From the NCBI GenBank assembly GCA_964304625.1, contig OZ199839.1, forward strand, positions 4,591,376 through 4,655,375: DNA of 64,000 nt, read 5' to 3'. Positions 41,307-55,842 of the stretch are shown in pieces. The translations under genes were made by a program, and so were the position numbers. The notes under the pieces are model-generated. The model was not told where the DNA came from. It searched no databases and saw nothing but the letters and a program-made list of their open reading frames with translations. Origin of the DNA: Kudoa neothunni (lineage: Eukaryota; Animalia; Cnidaria). Position 1 is the stretch's first letter. Each line of letters starts with the position of its first letter.

Positions 41307-43186
41307 CAGTCGGTGACCACTAATTCGTAATGACTTTGTGCGTATGCGCGAAAAACGAAATTTGGGATTTAATTTTTAAGGCTTTCTAAAACAATCTGTT
41401 ATTTTGGATTATATTTGAGTTTTTTCAATATACTTATACACATGTGATTCTAATTTAGCTAATTCATTACCTAAAGAGTAACCAGCACTTTTGGAAAATA
41501 TTTTCAAATTTTGTACAAAAATTAGAGCATCTTTAGAAGTGAATTTAGGCTCCGCAGGTTCGTCCTCTACCTCTTCGGACTCGCTAACGATTTCCTCGTA
41601 TGAGACGTTCTCTAAATTATCACTTACGGGAAAAAACTTTCTTCAATACCTAATTCATCGACTTCTTCTAGAGATGTGGAACTATCTGGAGATAAAATTT
41701 TATTGGAATTTTCTGGTTCATTTACGGATGTTTTTAAGCTGAAACCAGATTTAGAAAAACAATTAATAATCGTTTCAGGAACTAATGAATTCCAAGTATC
41801 CTTAATAAGAGTCATTGTTTCCCATAAATCTAGAGGTTTTACATCCAGTCCAATTTCTGCGCGAAGCGTATGTCGCCTCGTTAAGTTTTTCCGGTATGTT
41901 GCCTTAAATGAACGAATAACACCTTGATCCATTGGTTGTAGGACCGATGTGGTGTTTTTGGGAAAATAGACTATTTGAACGTTGGAGAGTTCCATGTGTT
42001 CATGGCAACTTGCATTGTCCATAAAAAGAACAATTTTTTTGTTTCTACTTCTAAAAATACTGTTAAGTTTTAACAGATAATTTCTAAAAATGCTTGCTGT
42101 CATCCAGCCTTTCGTGTTGTACTCATAGGGAAATGGAGTAGTATTTATACTTTTAAAGCATCTAGGTCGAGCATGATGACCTATCACTAGGGGGTCTAGC
42201 TTTTCACCATTCATTGAGGCTCCAAGTAATAATGTAATCCTTTTTTTGACTTTTTACCGCAAGACATTATTTTCAGTAGCAGAAATATAACTTTTTCGTA
42301 TAATAATATACATAAATACTTAAGAAAAAATAATGAAGTACTCATTTGGCGCCGACAAAAAAATCATGCTGTGGAAGTAATACTATTGACAAAAAATTCT
42401 TCATTTAATGTATGTAAAAATATCTAATCGAAACAAAAATAACCATTTTTAGGAAAAACTTACGAGGCATTGATTGATAGAACAGCGAGGTCTCGTCGAC
42501 ATTGTATATTTGATCCTCTTTATAATTTTCAAGAATTTTAAGAAGTTGAGTCTTCCATTCTGTGATGATTCCTATGGGTACCATGTTAGCATCGCCATGA
42601 AAGCTGACTTTTTTTAATTGAATCTATTTTTAAAGCCGCGAAACCATCCGTAGCTAACATTTTTGAAATCGTCATCAGAAGCACCGATCTCATTTCTTTT
42701 ATTAATTATTTCGATGGACGATAATTCGATACTTTTCGACCTCATCCAAATGAACAACTCATAAACACGTTGATCGGCTTCTTCATCTTTTCCTTTCCGC
42801 ATTGATCTTCGTTGGGATGGAAGCAACTGATTCTCAAATGCTTTTGTAATTTTAGCCTTTTTTTCTAAAACGCAATTTAATGTTGAAATATAACCTATTT
42901 TGAAGTGTTTAATAGTTTCCGTCTTTCTATTTAAGGGCGGAAAACTATCATAATATTTAATTATGTCATATTTCTCTTGAAGCGTTCTGAATTTGTGAAT
43001 TCTTTTTTCGGGCATTTAGAAATAATTACGAATCATCGGTTAATACACACTTTTAAAACTTTTTATTTGACAAAATAAAAAAATAACTCGTATATTTAAT
43101 TAACAACTCATAATAAACGTTATTTGACAAATTTAACCGAATGGACTAAGTTTTAGGGGAAGTTACGAATTAACGGTCACCTACTG
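41307..43186 (-). mobile_element. pogo/Tigger element with intron-containing transposase (decayed)
   Basis: TA|cagtcggtgacc..taattcgtaa / ttacgaattaacggtcacctactg|TA. CENP-B HTH (SYGWFRGFKNRF) and DDE_1 (MDNASCH, LQPMDQG). Intron at 42298-42463. Confidence 0.92.
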
Positions 43187-43918
43187 TATTACCAGGTGGA
43201 CACAAATTAGACGTTGGACTGAAATCGGACTTCGTATCGTATGGTCAATATGATGATATTGTATCTGAATACACTTCTAGTGATAAGGGGGATGAAGATG
43301 ACTACCGTTTAAATTAGACAGTGAACGCGAAAAATTTAATAAATAACGATATTGAAACAACCGATATTTTTTAACAGGTTGAAGATATTTTATTTGAACG
43401 TTTCACTTATTTCAACCCATTCTTCAATGATAGATTATTTGAACATATTTGCATTAAGTGTAATGCCCATTTGGATCTCAATAAAAACAGAAACAGCTTT
43501 TTAGATTACCGAAATTATAATAAATAATTTAATATTTCATTTCCGATGGTGGTGGTGGAAAAGTAATTTTTTGATTAAAGACAAAGGAACATAAAAACGA
43601 GCATTCCCGCACATTGAAATAAGCGCCGTCCCAATGTTGTTATTTGGCACCGTGTGTATCTTTTTAATTTTTGAAATAAGTGCTTCAATTTTTGGATATT
43701 TTATATAAAGTTATTTAAAATTAAATATAATAAGAAAAAAAAATTTTAAGCCGCTGAATTAAATTCGAGGTTTAAAGGGTTGAAAGTCTATTTATGTAGA
43801 AATCTCTATTGCTTTCGAAAGCGTTGAAGATGTTTTGGATTTTGTCGTTATTCTCATTCATTGAGAATATTTGAACCTTATTTAAGAATATAATTTTATA
43901 ATTGATATTAAATATATA

Positions 43919-46151
43919 CAGTCAAACCCCGTTTATCCGGAATTCGTTTAACCGAAAATCGCACTATCCGAACGATTTTTTAAAATTTATTTGAAATCGG
44001 TCTATATCCTAAATGAAAAAATTTTGTTTAACCGAAAATTCAGTAATCGCCACCCGAAACAACTTTTAGCTGGAATTTTCGGATAAAGTGCTCTTCGCGC
44101 ATGCGTGTATACATTTTTATATGTTAAATACGACTAAATATAGCGTTAATACAACTTTATTTGAGAAGTTTTCGGATACGCTTATAATTAATTTACATAA
44201 AAAAAATTTATTACATCAAATTAATGAATTTTTATTCAAATTTAATGAATCATTTTATAACTGGTTTGAGTATAAGATAGTCTAATGCCGCGCAGTTTAA
44301 AAATGTCAACAATGCATGACCAAAAGCGTTCAAGAATTGTTTTAAATCCAAGAAGCGATAAAGCATTTATCTGTAAAATAAAAGTGAATAATCCAAAAAT
44401 GACTCTATCCGAAATATCGCATGCTTTTTACAAGGAGAAAAGATTGAAAATTGGGATAAGCACTATTGCAGATATTCTACGCAACTCCAATAAATGGAAT
44501 ATTATAGAATCTTCGAATCGCATGACATCTGGGGCGGTAAACATGACAAATTTGAAAAGGCCCTTTACTTGTGGATAAATCAAGTTAATGCACAAAACGT
44601 GTGGATTAATGGGAATATTATTGTGGAAAAGGCAAAAGAATTCGCTACCAAGCTCGGAATAGAGAATATTTCCTTTTCTTCTGGATGGCTTCATCATTTT
44701 AAGAAACGACATGAAATTTCGTCTAAATATGTCCAGGGAGAAGCCAGTTCCGTGGTCATTGAAGATGTCGAGAAAGCAAGAAATGAGCTTAAAGCCGCCT
44801 TAAAATCCTACTCTAAAAATGATATTTATAACGCGGATGAAACCGGGTTATTCTATCATCTGGGGCCAAACAGAACTCTTTCAAGTTTTCACCGATCTGG
44901 AACCAAAAATTCGAAAGATCGCATCACCATACTCTTTTGTGTGAATGCGTCCGGCACACACAAATTAAAACCTTTAGTGATTGGGAAATCAATGAAACTA
45001 CGATGTTTCAAACATTTTGATCCAACACATTACGTGACATACAACTCCAACACAAAGGCATGGATGACCTCCATTATTTTCGAAGGTTTTTAAAATAATT
45101 TAAATTACTTGATGAAGTCCGAAACAGGCACATTCTTCTGTTGCTCGATAATGCAACAAGCCATAAACATGCTGACCTCTCTAATGTAAAAATTATGATG
45201 TTACTTCCAAACTTAACATCCCACTTGAAACCTCTTGATGCTGGAATAATCAAGCCATTCAAATCAAAATATAGAACGTTGGTTACCAAAAAATTTATTG
45301 AGCAAATGGAAGATGATAAACTTAATATAAATTTACAAGATGCAGTAAGATTTACTCATGAATCATGGGATTCTGTTTCTCAGAGTACCATTCAAAATTG
45401 TTGGATTCATACTGGAATAGTTTCCGGTAAAGAAGCCATCCCACCTAGTCATTCCACTAATGATGATTCACTAAATGATCTTCTAAAAGTTATCCCTGCA
45501 TGTCGTTACCAATGTGCTAGAGAATATGTAGACTGTGGCAAGGAATTAACAATGGGTGAAATTATTACTGAGGAAGAAATTATAGAAATTATAAAATATG
45601 ATGATGATAATAATAATGGTGACGATAACTCTATATCATCTGAAGATCCTGAGGTAGAAATCCCAGTTATTAGTGATCGAGAAGCCATTACAGCTATTAC
45701 CACTACCATAAAATACATTGAACAACCCAGAGCAGAGTTCATGGCTTAGAAAATGAGAGAAAATTAAAAGACGAATTAGTAATACTACTAACTCGATTCA
45801 AACAAAATGTAGAAAGGTCTAATTTCGGAAAATTGAAACAAACACTTATAACTGATTATCTAAATAAATAAATACATTATCATGTATAATTATATATAAA
45901 TTAATCTGTCGTAATTTCTCAACATGTTATTGTTTATGCGTTATTACTTTTGTATTTTTTTAAATCTATTTAAAATATCTCTTTCTTTAGAATAAATAAA
46001 AAGGCGGAAGCATTGATTAATATGGTTTTACGAACGAAATAATATTTAAGTTGTGCGCATGCGTACTCATCGAACCTCGTTTAACCGAAACTTCAGCATC
46101 CGAAAGGAAAATGCCAGGTCCCCAGATTTCCGGATAAACGGGGTTCGACTA
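43919..46151 (+). mobile_element. pogo/Tigger element, near full length, intronless, frameshifted
   Basis: TIRs cagtcaaaccccgtttatccgg / ccggataaacggggttcgact. SSGWLHHFKKRH, YNADETGLFY, LDNATSH and KPLDAG. Confidence 0.93.
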
Positions 46152-47432
46152 TATATTATTTCATTTTAGATGATTAATTTAAGAATAAATTTATATTTAG
46201 GAATGCCTTTTGATAACGATATCAATAATTTGGACTAAATTACAGTATACGTGTATCAACTTCGGGAGGGAGCACCATAACTTATTGGTGAATATTTGCG
46301 CCAAACTTTCGAGGGTCACCATCATTTGCATTTAAAACATACCTTAGAACTATTTGATAAATGTATTGAGACTGGCGAAACGCCTAATTCACAAAATTCA
46401 TTGATCCACGGAAAAAATCATGATGCGCATTTTGTTAACGAAATATTAATCAAAAAACTAATATACGGTACTATATCTACAAGGGACCTATTTTCTCGTT
46501 TTGCAGATTCAAAAAAACTTTGTTTAATGCCAGCCATGTAGTTTAGAAACTGAGTGATGTTATCTTTGACAAAAACTTGCTTTCTCTTTAGCAAACTCCG
46601 GAATTAATGTAAATTATTTTTAAATAAATCTATTTTAAATTTTCGTACTTAATTTATTTATTTTGAATATATAGACATACTCAAATATTTACAACTATGA
46701 TCCGCACTTAACCTTACTTTCGATTTTGTGTTCATTTCTTTTCTATATTTGATTGAACCACCTTATTTTACCTCCAGAAACTTTCAACAATGTCAATAAA
46801 ATAAAAAATATTTGAAACCTAGAATAACAAGCAAGCGTTTTAATACAGATGTTTATAATATTTAATCGAAGAATTAATTACATTTTTCTCAACTTTTTCC
46901 CCTCTAAAGCGAACACCTAGTCGGTTAATATAGCTGTGTGGTGAGTAATAATTACAAGAATAACTTTTGGGGTCAATTGCACAATAAAGTAAGAAAATAA
47001 TAATGGGGTCAAAAACGACCCCCTCGGGCACATACTGAAGTTCTCGACACACGGTCCTTCGGCGGTTGAAATGCAGTCAACTCCAATTTTCCAGACATCA
47101 CGGTATATTTAGAAATATTTTAGTGTTTTAAATTCTATTGACTTCACATGTCAAAATATATTTTGTTACCTAAGATTCTGTTATCCAGAAAACAAATCGC
47201 GGGTATTATTCCCTTAAGATAATGGAATTCTCACAGGTTATAACAAAATGAATAGTAAATAAACCTGCCATTAACTATTTTAAAATACTACAGTATTTTA
47301 TTAGAAAAACGACAAAACATTTTGTGTGCATATTCGTATAAAAATACAATAGAGAATTCGATTGATTAATTTTTGTGCCATGAAATTATCTCAACATGTC
47401 ATCAACCAATTTTATTGATATCAGAGATAAGG

Positions 47433-48364
47433 TTATTTCAGAAGTGAATCGATTTCCTGATTATCATCGTTGTATAAACTCTCATTCACATCAAATTCCT
47501 AGATCACATAAATAAAACAAAAAATGAAAACAGTCACTTCAAGTTCCCGCTCTAACTCCTTTTCGATACAACTCTCGTTGTTAGAATCACCTTCTATAGC
47601 AGCGGATTCGTGTGCTGAATAAATTATATTTATACGTAATAAAATGTTACAGAATTTACAGTTGACTGTGTATGCATCTAGTAGTAGTCGCAAATGAAAG
47701 AAATAGCGTTTATAAAAGTTAAAAAGATCAATCCTAAAACAAAAAGGATCAACAAACTTGCTTGCAGATAAATAGTTACTCTTCAGGAACCAATCTTCTT
47801 TCTAATACATCTAGATTGGGATCTAATTGTTTAAGTATTTCAATAGTATTGGTTGAATTTTGTAATTCAAAGGGAAAAATAATCGTATCGGGAAGTGGCT
47901 CAAGAAAATAATCCTCTATCTATGTAAGTATCAAAAATTATACAAAAGATAATGAATACTGTTGAAAATAACAACAATTTTTCTTTAAAACTATTATTGC
48001 TTTTCCACAGTTGAACAATCAATTCATCTTTCAAAGTGAAAAATTTATATCTATCACATTTATTTTAGAAATAATACCTTGATTTTTTGAATCATTTTTA
48101 TCGGCAAGAAATTTTTTCTGTTCTTCAATTATACCTGAAAATACGTTCTAAAGGCAATAACATGCTTGAACAATAGCATAACAACTAACTTGATCCAATT
48201 TTTTCTCAACTTGAGAAAACAGTTCACCTAAATTGCTCTTTGTTTGTTTATATATATTTTGTAAAGTGGTTGAATCTAGACGATGTTTTTATTTTACCAG
48301 ATAAATTATTATAACCTAGGAGTTTGTTTTTGGAATCATTCAGAAAGTTTCTAAGATTATCCAT
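47433..48364 (-). CDS. SYAP1: Synapse-associated protein 1-like BSD-domain protein, multi-exon
   Basis: Spliced product contains IIEEQKKFL, DYFLEPLP..FPFE..DPNL...RRLVP, FYKRYFFHL (BSD) and EKELERELE|EFDV, matching the SYAP1 layout. Confidence 0.75.
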
Positions 48365-51005
48365 CTACTTGCAAGGCTCGCGCACATTAATCACGTCAAT
48401 ACATTTCAGAACAGACTAGTTGGATTCTCACGAGTCTCAGAGACCCATTAGACTGATTTAAATTTTACTTTAATCCATTATGTTTCAATGAATTAATAGA
48501 AATATAAGTTTTTTTGTTTATGCAAATATATATAAGAAAATTGGGAATTTGAGTCTTCGTAAAGTGACTGCCACATTGCTAATGACTCGTGTGATAATTA
48601 ATCGATCCTCCTGTTTCTCGTCTATAATTTTTTGTTTTATTGATTCAGCAAATTTATAGGTAAACCATCTATTCCCAATAGTAATTAGTAAGCTGATTTA
48701 TTCGGCCTTTATCTTGAATTTATACCTTTAATAATTTGTTATTTTTTGTTAATGCACATCGTCCATGGATCTTAGAATTACATCTAAGATATTGTGTTTC
48801 ATTTATAGGACACCGAAAGTATAAATAAATTATTTCCTATTAATACAGGTATCTCTATTTGTTTAAAAAATCATTAAGATTTAAATTTGATATTTATATA
48901 ATTAACCCTTTTGTGCCTAATGATGCCATATAGCATTATTTTGGTAATTTGCGAATTTCTTTGTTATCATAAATTTCCGAAAGCCAAAATTCGTCATATA
49001 ATTCGTTAAAAATCAATTTAATCATTAAAAAATTTTAAAAATGTTGGGTTTATATATTTTCATGGTATAAAATAGATAATAATACTTGTTGTTGGAATTA
49101 GCAAACCTGACCCCTTTCGAACGATAACTATAAGACTGAAGAAACTGTTTTACTCCAATGATAAAAATTTATTGTATTAGTCTAATAAAATATTTTTAAA
49201 AATATAGATCCAAATCAAATAGAGGAAAATTTTAACATAAATGCTCAAAATGAAAAATAAATAATTATGTCTGTAATGAAGCAGCGGCACGCGATAAAAC
49301 CACAATTCGCTAACTAATAATACCCCTCTCGTGGCGACGGCCGATCATAATATTCAAGTTATTATATTATTATATAGAGGTCACTACAATGTCATATGGC
49401 ATCACTCGGCGGGGTCGATTACACGTGGGAGAATGGTGATGAATGCTGATTTTATTATCAAAAAAAACATATTCGGGAGGATGATGAAACAGCTTATATT
49501 ACTTCCAGGACCTGACAAATCCGATGCTGAAAACGCATCGAACGATGAAACTTTAATGATTCTGTCAGTGATGACGACTTCTCTGAAAGCGAGAATGATA
49601 CGGTAACTCTTGACGTTGATCCTAAGTTGATTCTAAATGAATCTTGTGATGGCAAAAACTCAGTTGCACCAGAATCTATTTTTACGGAGGTTGATGGTGA
49701 TATTTTTGAACCATTTTATTACTTCAATCAGTTTTTTACCGACGCTCTTTTTGAACTTATTTTGAATGAAACAAATAAATACGCGTCAACATTAAATTCC
49801 TCGTTTAAACCTACAATTGAGGAAATTCAGCTATCAATTGGTATGCTTATTCGAATGTCTATCGTAAAACTGTCACGATATAGGAATTACTGGTCAATAA
49901 AAATTAATTACAACACCATATCCTACAGAATGACGAGAGATAGATTCGGGCCGTTATTAAGGTATTTACATTTCTACGACAATAACAATATTGTTTTAAA
50001 TCCTAATAACGATTGCTACGACAGGTTTTTTAAGATAAGACCTGTTCTTGACATAATACGGCAGGCTTGCTTAATTATCGAGCCTGAATACCACCAATCC
50101 GTCGATGAACAAATTATTCCCTTTAAGTGGAAATCGGGATTAAAACATTATATATCATTGAAATCTACTAAATGGGGTTTAAAGTTTTTATGAGGAATGA
50201 TGCCGGTGGAATTGCCCATTATTTTTACTTTTAATCTGGAACCACTTTAAATTTTAAAACATCTACAGAGAATAAGTCATCGGACATAGTGGTGAAGCTT
50301 TGTGAAACTTTGAATAGTTCTAAATATTATATATATTATGATAATTAATTTTCAAGTTTTAATTTGCATGCCAAAACTTTTGGAGCTTGGTTACTTTTCT
50401 ACCAGTACCATAAGAAAAACTCGCATGACAAAATGTCCTTTTTAAACAGAAAACGGGTTTAAAAATCATCCTAAAGGAAGTTTTGAATACGGAATCTATT
50501 GTTAATATATCATTCATTTTCTATGCTGCTTTCCCAGTGTCTTCTGTTCAAAGGTATAACAAAAAACAGAAAAAAGTTCTAAATATCAGCTATCCTCTAA
50601 TCGTAAAAATGTATAACAAGTACATGGGTGGGGTCGATTTGTTCGATATGTTGATGGCATTGTATCGATTAAATCATAAGTCAACAAAATGAACACCAGA
50701 ATATTTTTTTGGTGCTTAAATTTCTGCTTACTGAATGGATGGCTCATTTATCGCAGACAATGTACACCAATGGATATAGACAGTAAAAAGATTATTGATC
50801 TTCAAAACTTTACATTGGAGGTAAGTGAGCATCTAACGTTTTACTGCCAAAACATAGAACATGTGCCAAACAGGGGTAGATCAATGTTTCCCGATGTGAG
50901 GCTCATGCCCCACCGGTGGATACGACAAAATTTTGGTGGGGCATGGAAATGTTTGAACTTTTAATAAAACGCGAAAAATCCTGAGTATTGGTATGACACA
51001 GTTAA

Positions 51006-54000
51006 CCCTTCCTGTCCGATGCGGGGTATATTGGATACCCCAATATGATACTTTTTCTTATAATTCTTGACTCATTAACACGGATATCACGAAATTTCTT
51101 GAAAGTTTGTATAATGTATTAAAGTTTAAGAAGGTTGAAAATTAAATTGAATATGGTGCAGTATTATTGTAAGAATGAAGATGTTAAAATATGTCACTTA
51201 ATAATATATCTGATTTTACCACCAAATTAATATTAAATTTTTTTAATTGTTTGTATATGAGTTTTTATGATTAAAATATCCATTATTTTTCTTTTAATGA
51301 TAATAAAGAAGCGTTACGGTTTTTACGCGCCGATAGAAGATTAACGAAAATTAATCCATTCAGAGTTTTCATGAAGATCAAACCAGGCCGTTACGGACTA
51401 AAACTTGGGGCAGCCGCTGATGTTGAAACTAAGTTACTTGTTGAACATCCAGCCGTACACTGGTAAAGTGGACGGTAGCAGAGAAATTAACCAAGGAGAA
51501 CGTATTGTCACAGACCTCGTCAAACCTTTTTTCGGAACCGGTAGAGGAGTTAACGTGGATAATTTCTTTACTTCGATTCCACTTGCACAGAAACTTTTAC
51601 GAAACAATGTAACATTGACAGGAACGATTCGTTTCAACAAACCTGAAATTCCTAACGAATTTATGAGATATCCAAAACGTGAAGTTTTTCCACCTTATTT
51701 GGATTTAATGGTTATCTCACCCTAGTTTCCTACGTCCCAAAAAAGAATTACGTGGTGAATTTGTTGTCGAGTGAACAAAACGATATTTCATTAGAGAATA
51801 AAGAACGGAAACGGCCTCAAGTTATCCTACATTACAATGCTACAAAAGGGGGTGTCGATAGTGCGGATAAGATGACTTATTCATATTCCTGCTCCAAGCC
51901 TACGCATCGGTGACCCATTAAAATGTTCATGGATATGATTGACATCGCAGCGTTGAATGCATATATAATCTGGACAAAGAAATCCTGAATGGCGAAAAAA
52001 CGACAGGAGCAAGCGGCAACATTTTTTGCGCCAATTATCAATTGAATTGGCTGAGGCCAACGTTTTTAAACGTCAAATGATGTCCAATAACTATTCGACA
52101 AACTTAAAGTACGGCTTCGAACTATTTCAAAATCAATCGAATAATAATGATACATTTATTGAACGGCTAAGCTTTGAAAATCAATCTACGGGAAATAGAT
52201 GCTATTTCTGTCCACGTAATAAAGATAAAAAATCGAATACAGTGGGTGAAGGCTAATTCGTAATCCCTTTGGGACCAGAGAAAAAGTGCGAATTAAACAT
52301 CATTGCTGGCTAATTCGCACTTTTATTTGGCGCACGCGTAAAAGATTTGGGTCGATTTTTAAGAAATGTGATATTATCCTACTTTTTTACAATAAAATTT
52401 GTTATTTTCGTTTGCTTAAATCCTTTTTTTGAGATTAGAAACATTTCCTCTTCTGGTTTGTGAAGATAATCCAACATATTTGATCCATTCTTAATGAAGT
52501 ATCCCTTTAAATATTCAAAGCATTTCAGCGCTTCTTTGTATGCTTCAGGTTCACAATCAGATAATTCTTCTACTTCCATGGTTGTCCTCAAATTCACAGA
52601 CTTGAGCGAGTTCTTCTTCATCTTGGCATTGTATTACTCTGGGTCATCGATTTCATCCAAAACTTCATGGTTTACAGGTTCGTCTATGTATAATTATTAA
52701 GTTTGTATAAAATAGTAATAAGGATCTTCGTTACCATCGAATCTAAATCCAGCTTTCTTGAAACAATTGGATATTGTTTGGATCGTTACGTCCTCCCACG
52801 ATTTTTTTACAAGTACCAACGCCTCTAATAAATCAATTGGCTTAAGTTCAACATCATTCTTAACTAAAAATGTAGATCTATTTATTAGATATCTTCTATA
52901 AACAGCTTTAAATGAATTGATAATCCCTTGATCCATAGGTTGCAAAACACTAGTTGTGTTTTTAGGGAAAAATAATAATTCAATATTTGATAATTGTAAT
53001 GGTGAATGGCAACTCGCATTATCAAGAAATAGCACAATTTTTTTGTTCTGCTCTTTGAAATTAACATTTAATTTAACTAAATATTTCTTAAATATCTCCG
53101 AGGTCATCCATGCTTACTTATTGGAGAAGTAAGGAACTGGAGTATCTTTCAAATTTTTAAAACACCTTGGTTTTTCATGATGACCAATCACTAATGGTTC
53201 TAATTTTTCGCCTAATAATGATGCTCCCGATAAAAGCGTGACTCTTTTTTTTGATCGCTTTGAGCATTTTGCATTTACCTCAGTAGATAGAACATAACTT
53301 CTTCCTAAATTAGGTTACCATCAATACGTTCGGGTGAATATAATGTATTGTAAAATAGTTCTTAAAAAATTCCAATGGGAATTTGTTGATGATTGACATA
53401 AATTAAATGTTGATATAATTATTTTTTTAACGACATGTAACAAGTCAATGACGCTTTTTGTCGTTTTTGTATCTTATATATCTTACTGGGATGTTGCTGA
53501 TAGAATAGAGCTGTTCCATCGAGGTTGTACACTTGTTCAGCTTTATAATTTTTCAATATATTTTTTAATTGAAGTTTCCAATCATCGACAGTTTCCATGT
53601 TTACCATATTTGCCTCACCATGAAAATTTAGTCGTCGTAAATTAAATCTTTCTTTGAATCCACGAAACCAACCATAGCTCATATCTTCCGCTTCTTTATT
53701 AATGTTTTTTGCAAATTCATTTCGTTTCGAAATAATTTCCAACGACGAAATTTCCAATTTTTCAGACCTTATCCATATTAACCACTCGAAAACTTGTTGA
53801 TCAATTTCATCATTTGAACCTTTTTTCAAGGTTTTACGATTTTTCTTGACTACTCCGGTCTCAACGGAGCTCTTTATTTCCTCTTTTTTCAATAATATTC
53901 CATTCAAAGTTGAAATAGAGGATAAACCAAAATGTTTCACTGTGTGACTTTTAGCATTTTTTGGAGGCTGAATTTCGAAATATTTAATAATATTATATTT

Positions 54001-54936
54001 TTCGGTAAGTGTCATCCATTTATGCTTTCTTTGTTCGCCCATATTTCTGTATTAAATGATACCAGCGCGCGCTTTGCATCCCTGCTCCAAGGAAATTAGT
54101 GCGAATTATCCATCAATGGGTTTAACTCATAAAATTTTCTTATATTTAATAGGATAAAACATTTTAAAGTTATATATCGTCATAATTAATTATTCTACAC
54201 ATATATATAATGATAAAAACCTCCAGGTTTATTTATTTTGGCGACAATGAAAAAAGTGCGAATTAGCCGTCACCCGCTGTATTCGCTGCTACAACCACAA
54301 TAAATTTCTTTGTTGGAATCATAACAAAAAAGTTGCATACTGTTCAGATTGCTTTGAATAAAATTTGTTCCGTGTTGTTACTCAATAAACTCAAATTCTT
54401 TATGTTTATGAAAAACCATTACTATGTGATTTTAAAATGTTTCAATTATTTATATTGTAAAAATAAAATAGAATCGTAGTTTATCTAACTATCATTCGTT
54501 ATTTTTAACTTATTAAACTAAAATCTTAATTACCAAGAATGTTAAAAAATCACCGGTTATTTCCGAGAAATCCCGAAATGTAATAAATGGAGGGTAACAC
54601 CACAGGCCAGTATCTCAATAGATAGTGTGAGCGCCAGCTTCTTTCGTCTTATTTTTTAATTTTAGTGGTCTATTTATTGCTTATGTTTAGATTTTATAAC
54701 ATCATGGCATATTATTTTGTTATATTGGTATCGCATGATAATTTTTATAAAACCTCATAACATCTAATTAAATTCTAGTAATAAGTTAAGAATATCATGA
54801 TTAAATTCTTTAAAGTGTTTGCCTTCTAATAATGCATTAAGGGAAATTTTGCATAAGTTTATGGTCTTATTTTGCTGGGGTACGTCCCGTACCCCATCGG
54901 AACGGGAGGATTTTTTTTCGCGCGGTACAGGAAGGG
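51006..54936 (+). mobile_element. piggyBac with 5'-deleted transposase
   Basis: TTAA|cccttcctgtccg ... cggtacaggaaggg|TTAA. NVDNFFTS and YNATKGGVD. The Cys-rich domain is split by a Tigger insertion. Confidence 0.9.
52240..54279 (-). mobile_element. pogo/Tigger element with intron-containing transposase
   Basis: TA|cagtgggtgaaggctaattcg ... cgaattagccgtcacccgctg|TA. ORFs 53419..54042 and 52697..53107. GT-AG intron at 53305-53486. Confidence 0.93.
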
Positions 54937-55144
54937 TTAATAATGAGATAATTGCGCAGTCTGACGAATTTTGAATTCAATGTCGCGATTTTTGATATCG
55001 CTTATTTATAAATGACAATTAATATCATAGAAACTAAAAAAGCAATGACTAAGTATATGGATATTAATAATAAAATTTAAAGTGTCCTTCACCCGAATAG
55101 AATCAAAGTGGTCTGATCTCAATCTTGTCTCTTTTATAATCATA

Positions 55145-55842
55145 CTAGCACAAAAGCTCCGTTTCGCATGGGCTTCCTTGCCCGGCCACGCAGACTAGAG
55201 CCTTGAGTAGGCCAAGGTCATTTGAAGTTCAAAGTAAATTCAGAGTATTTAGATAAATAGTACAAAGATTACCCAATTAACTGATGATTTATTTAACGCA
55301 TTGGACGCATTAACCTTACTTAATATTTTTAAAAACGAATGAACACTACTGAGTGTTTGAATTTCTTATTTAGAGCTCCTAAAATATCGATTTTCTCCTT
55401 GTTGGCGGTGATCTCTAAATTATACCGTACGAATATGGCTAATCTTGTTAAACTTCAACAAATGAATTTCATATTAGTGCTTGGATACATAACCTAATAT
55501 TACCTTCCTTATTTGTACTATTTCAATTATTAAATCACTTTCCAATAATTTTAAAGTAAAATAAACAATATGATACGTTTAAAATTAACTTTTTATAACT
55601 GACGAAACGACCTATATGTTTGCATAGATCCTGAAATCATACCACTCATATCACGTGAAAATGTTTTTAGTCATTTTGCAGGATGCAAACCTTTTATAAT
55701 TTTTACGTATTTTTCTGTGTTTAAATAAAATTTTATCTTTCCATATGTGTGCTCAAATAGAGCGATATGTCTCTCTATAAAGAATGAAAAATGCGTACAC
55801 ACTGACACACACACGGATTACCGGTTTGCTTTATAAAGTAGA
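55145..55842 (-). mobile_element. Non-autonomous Helitron (same family as 34260)
   Basis: A|TC ... CTAG|T termini and a GC-rich 3' hairpin. Colinear with 34260-34910. Confidence 0.87.

Larger units (their letters stand above)
40114..43779 (+). mobile_element. Degenerate piggyBac shell hosting pogo elements
   Basis: TTAA|ctcttttaggcct ... aggtttaaaggg|TTGA. N-terminal transposase remnant FTYFNPFFNDRLFEHI at ~43400 resembles the ORF at 49627. Confidence 0.55.

Noticed and set aside
42298-42463. Non-canonical GT-AC intron
   Set aside because: The homologous intron at 53305 ends in AG and this copy is already decayed, so a point mutation is the simpler explanation.
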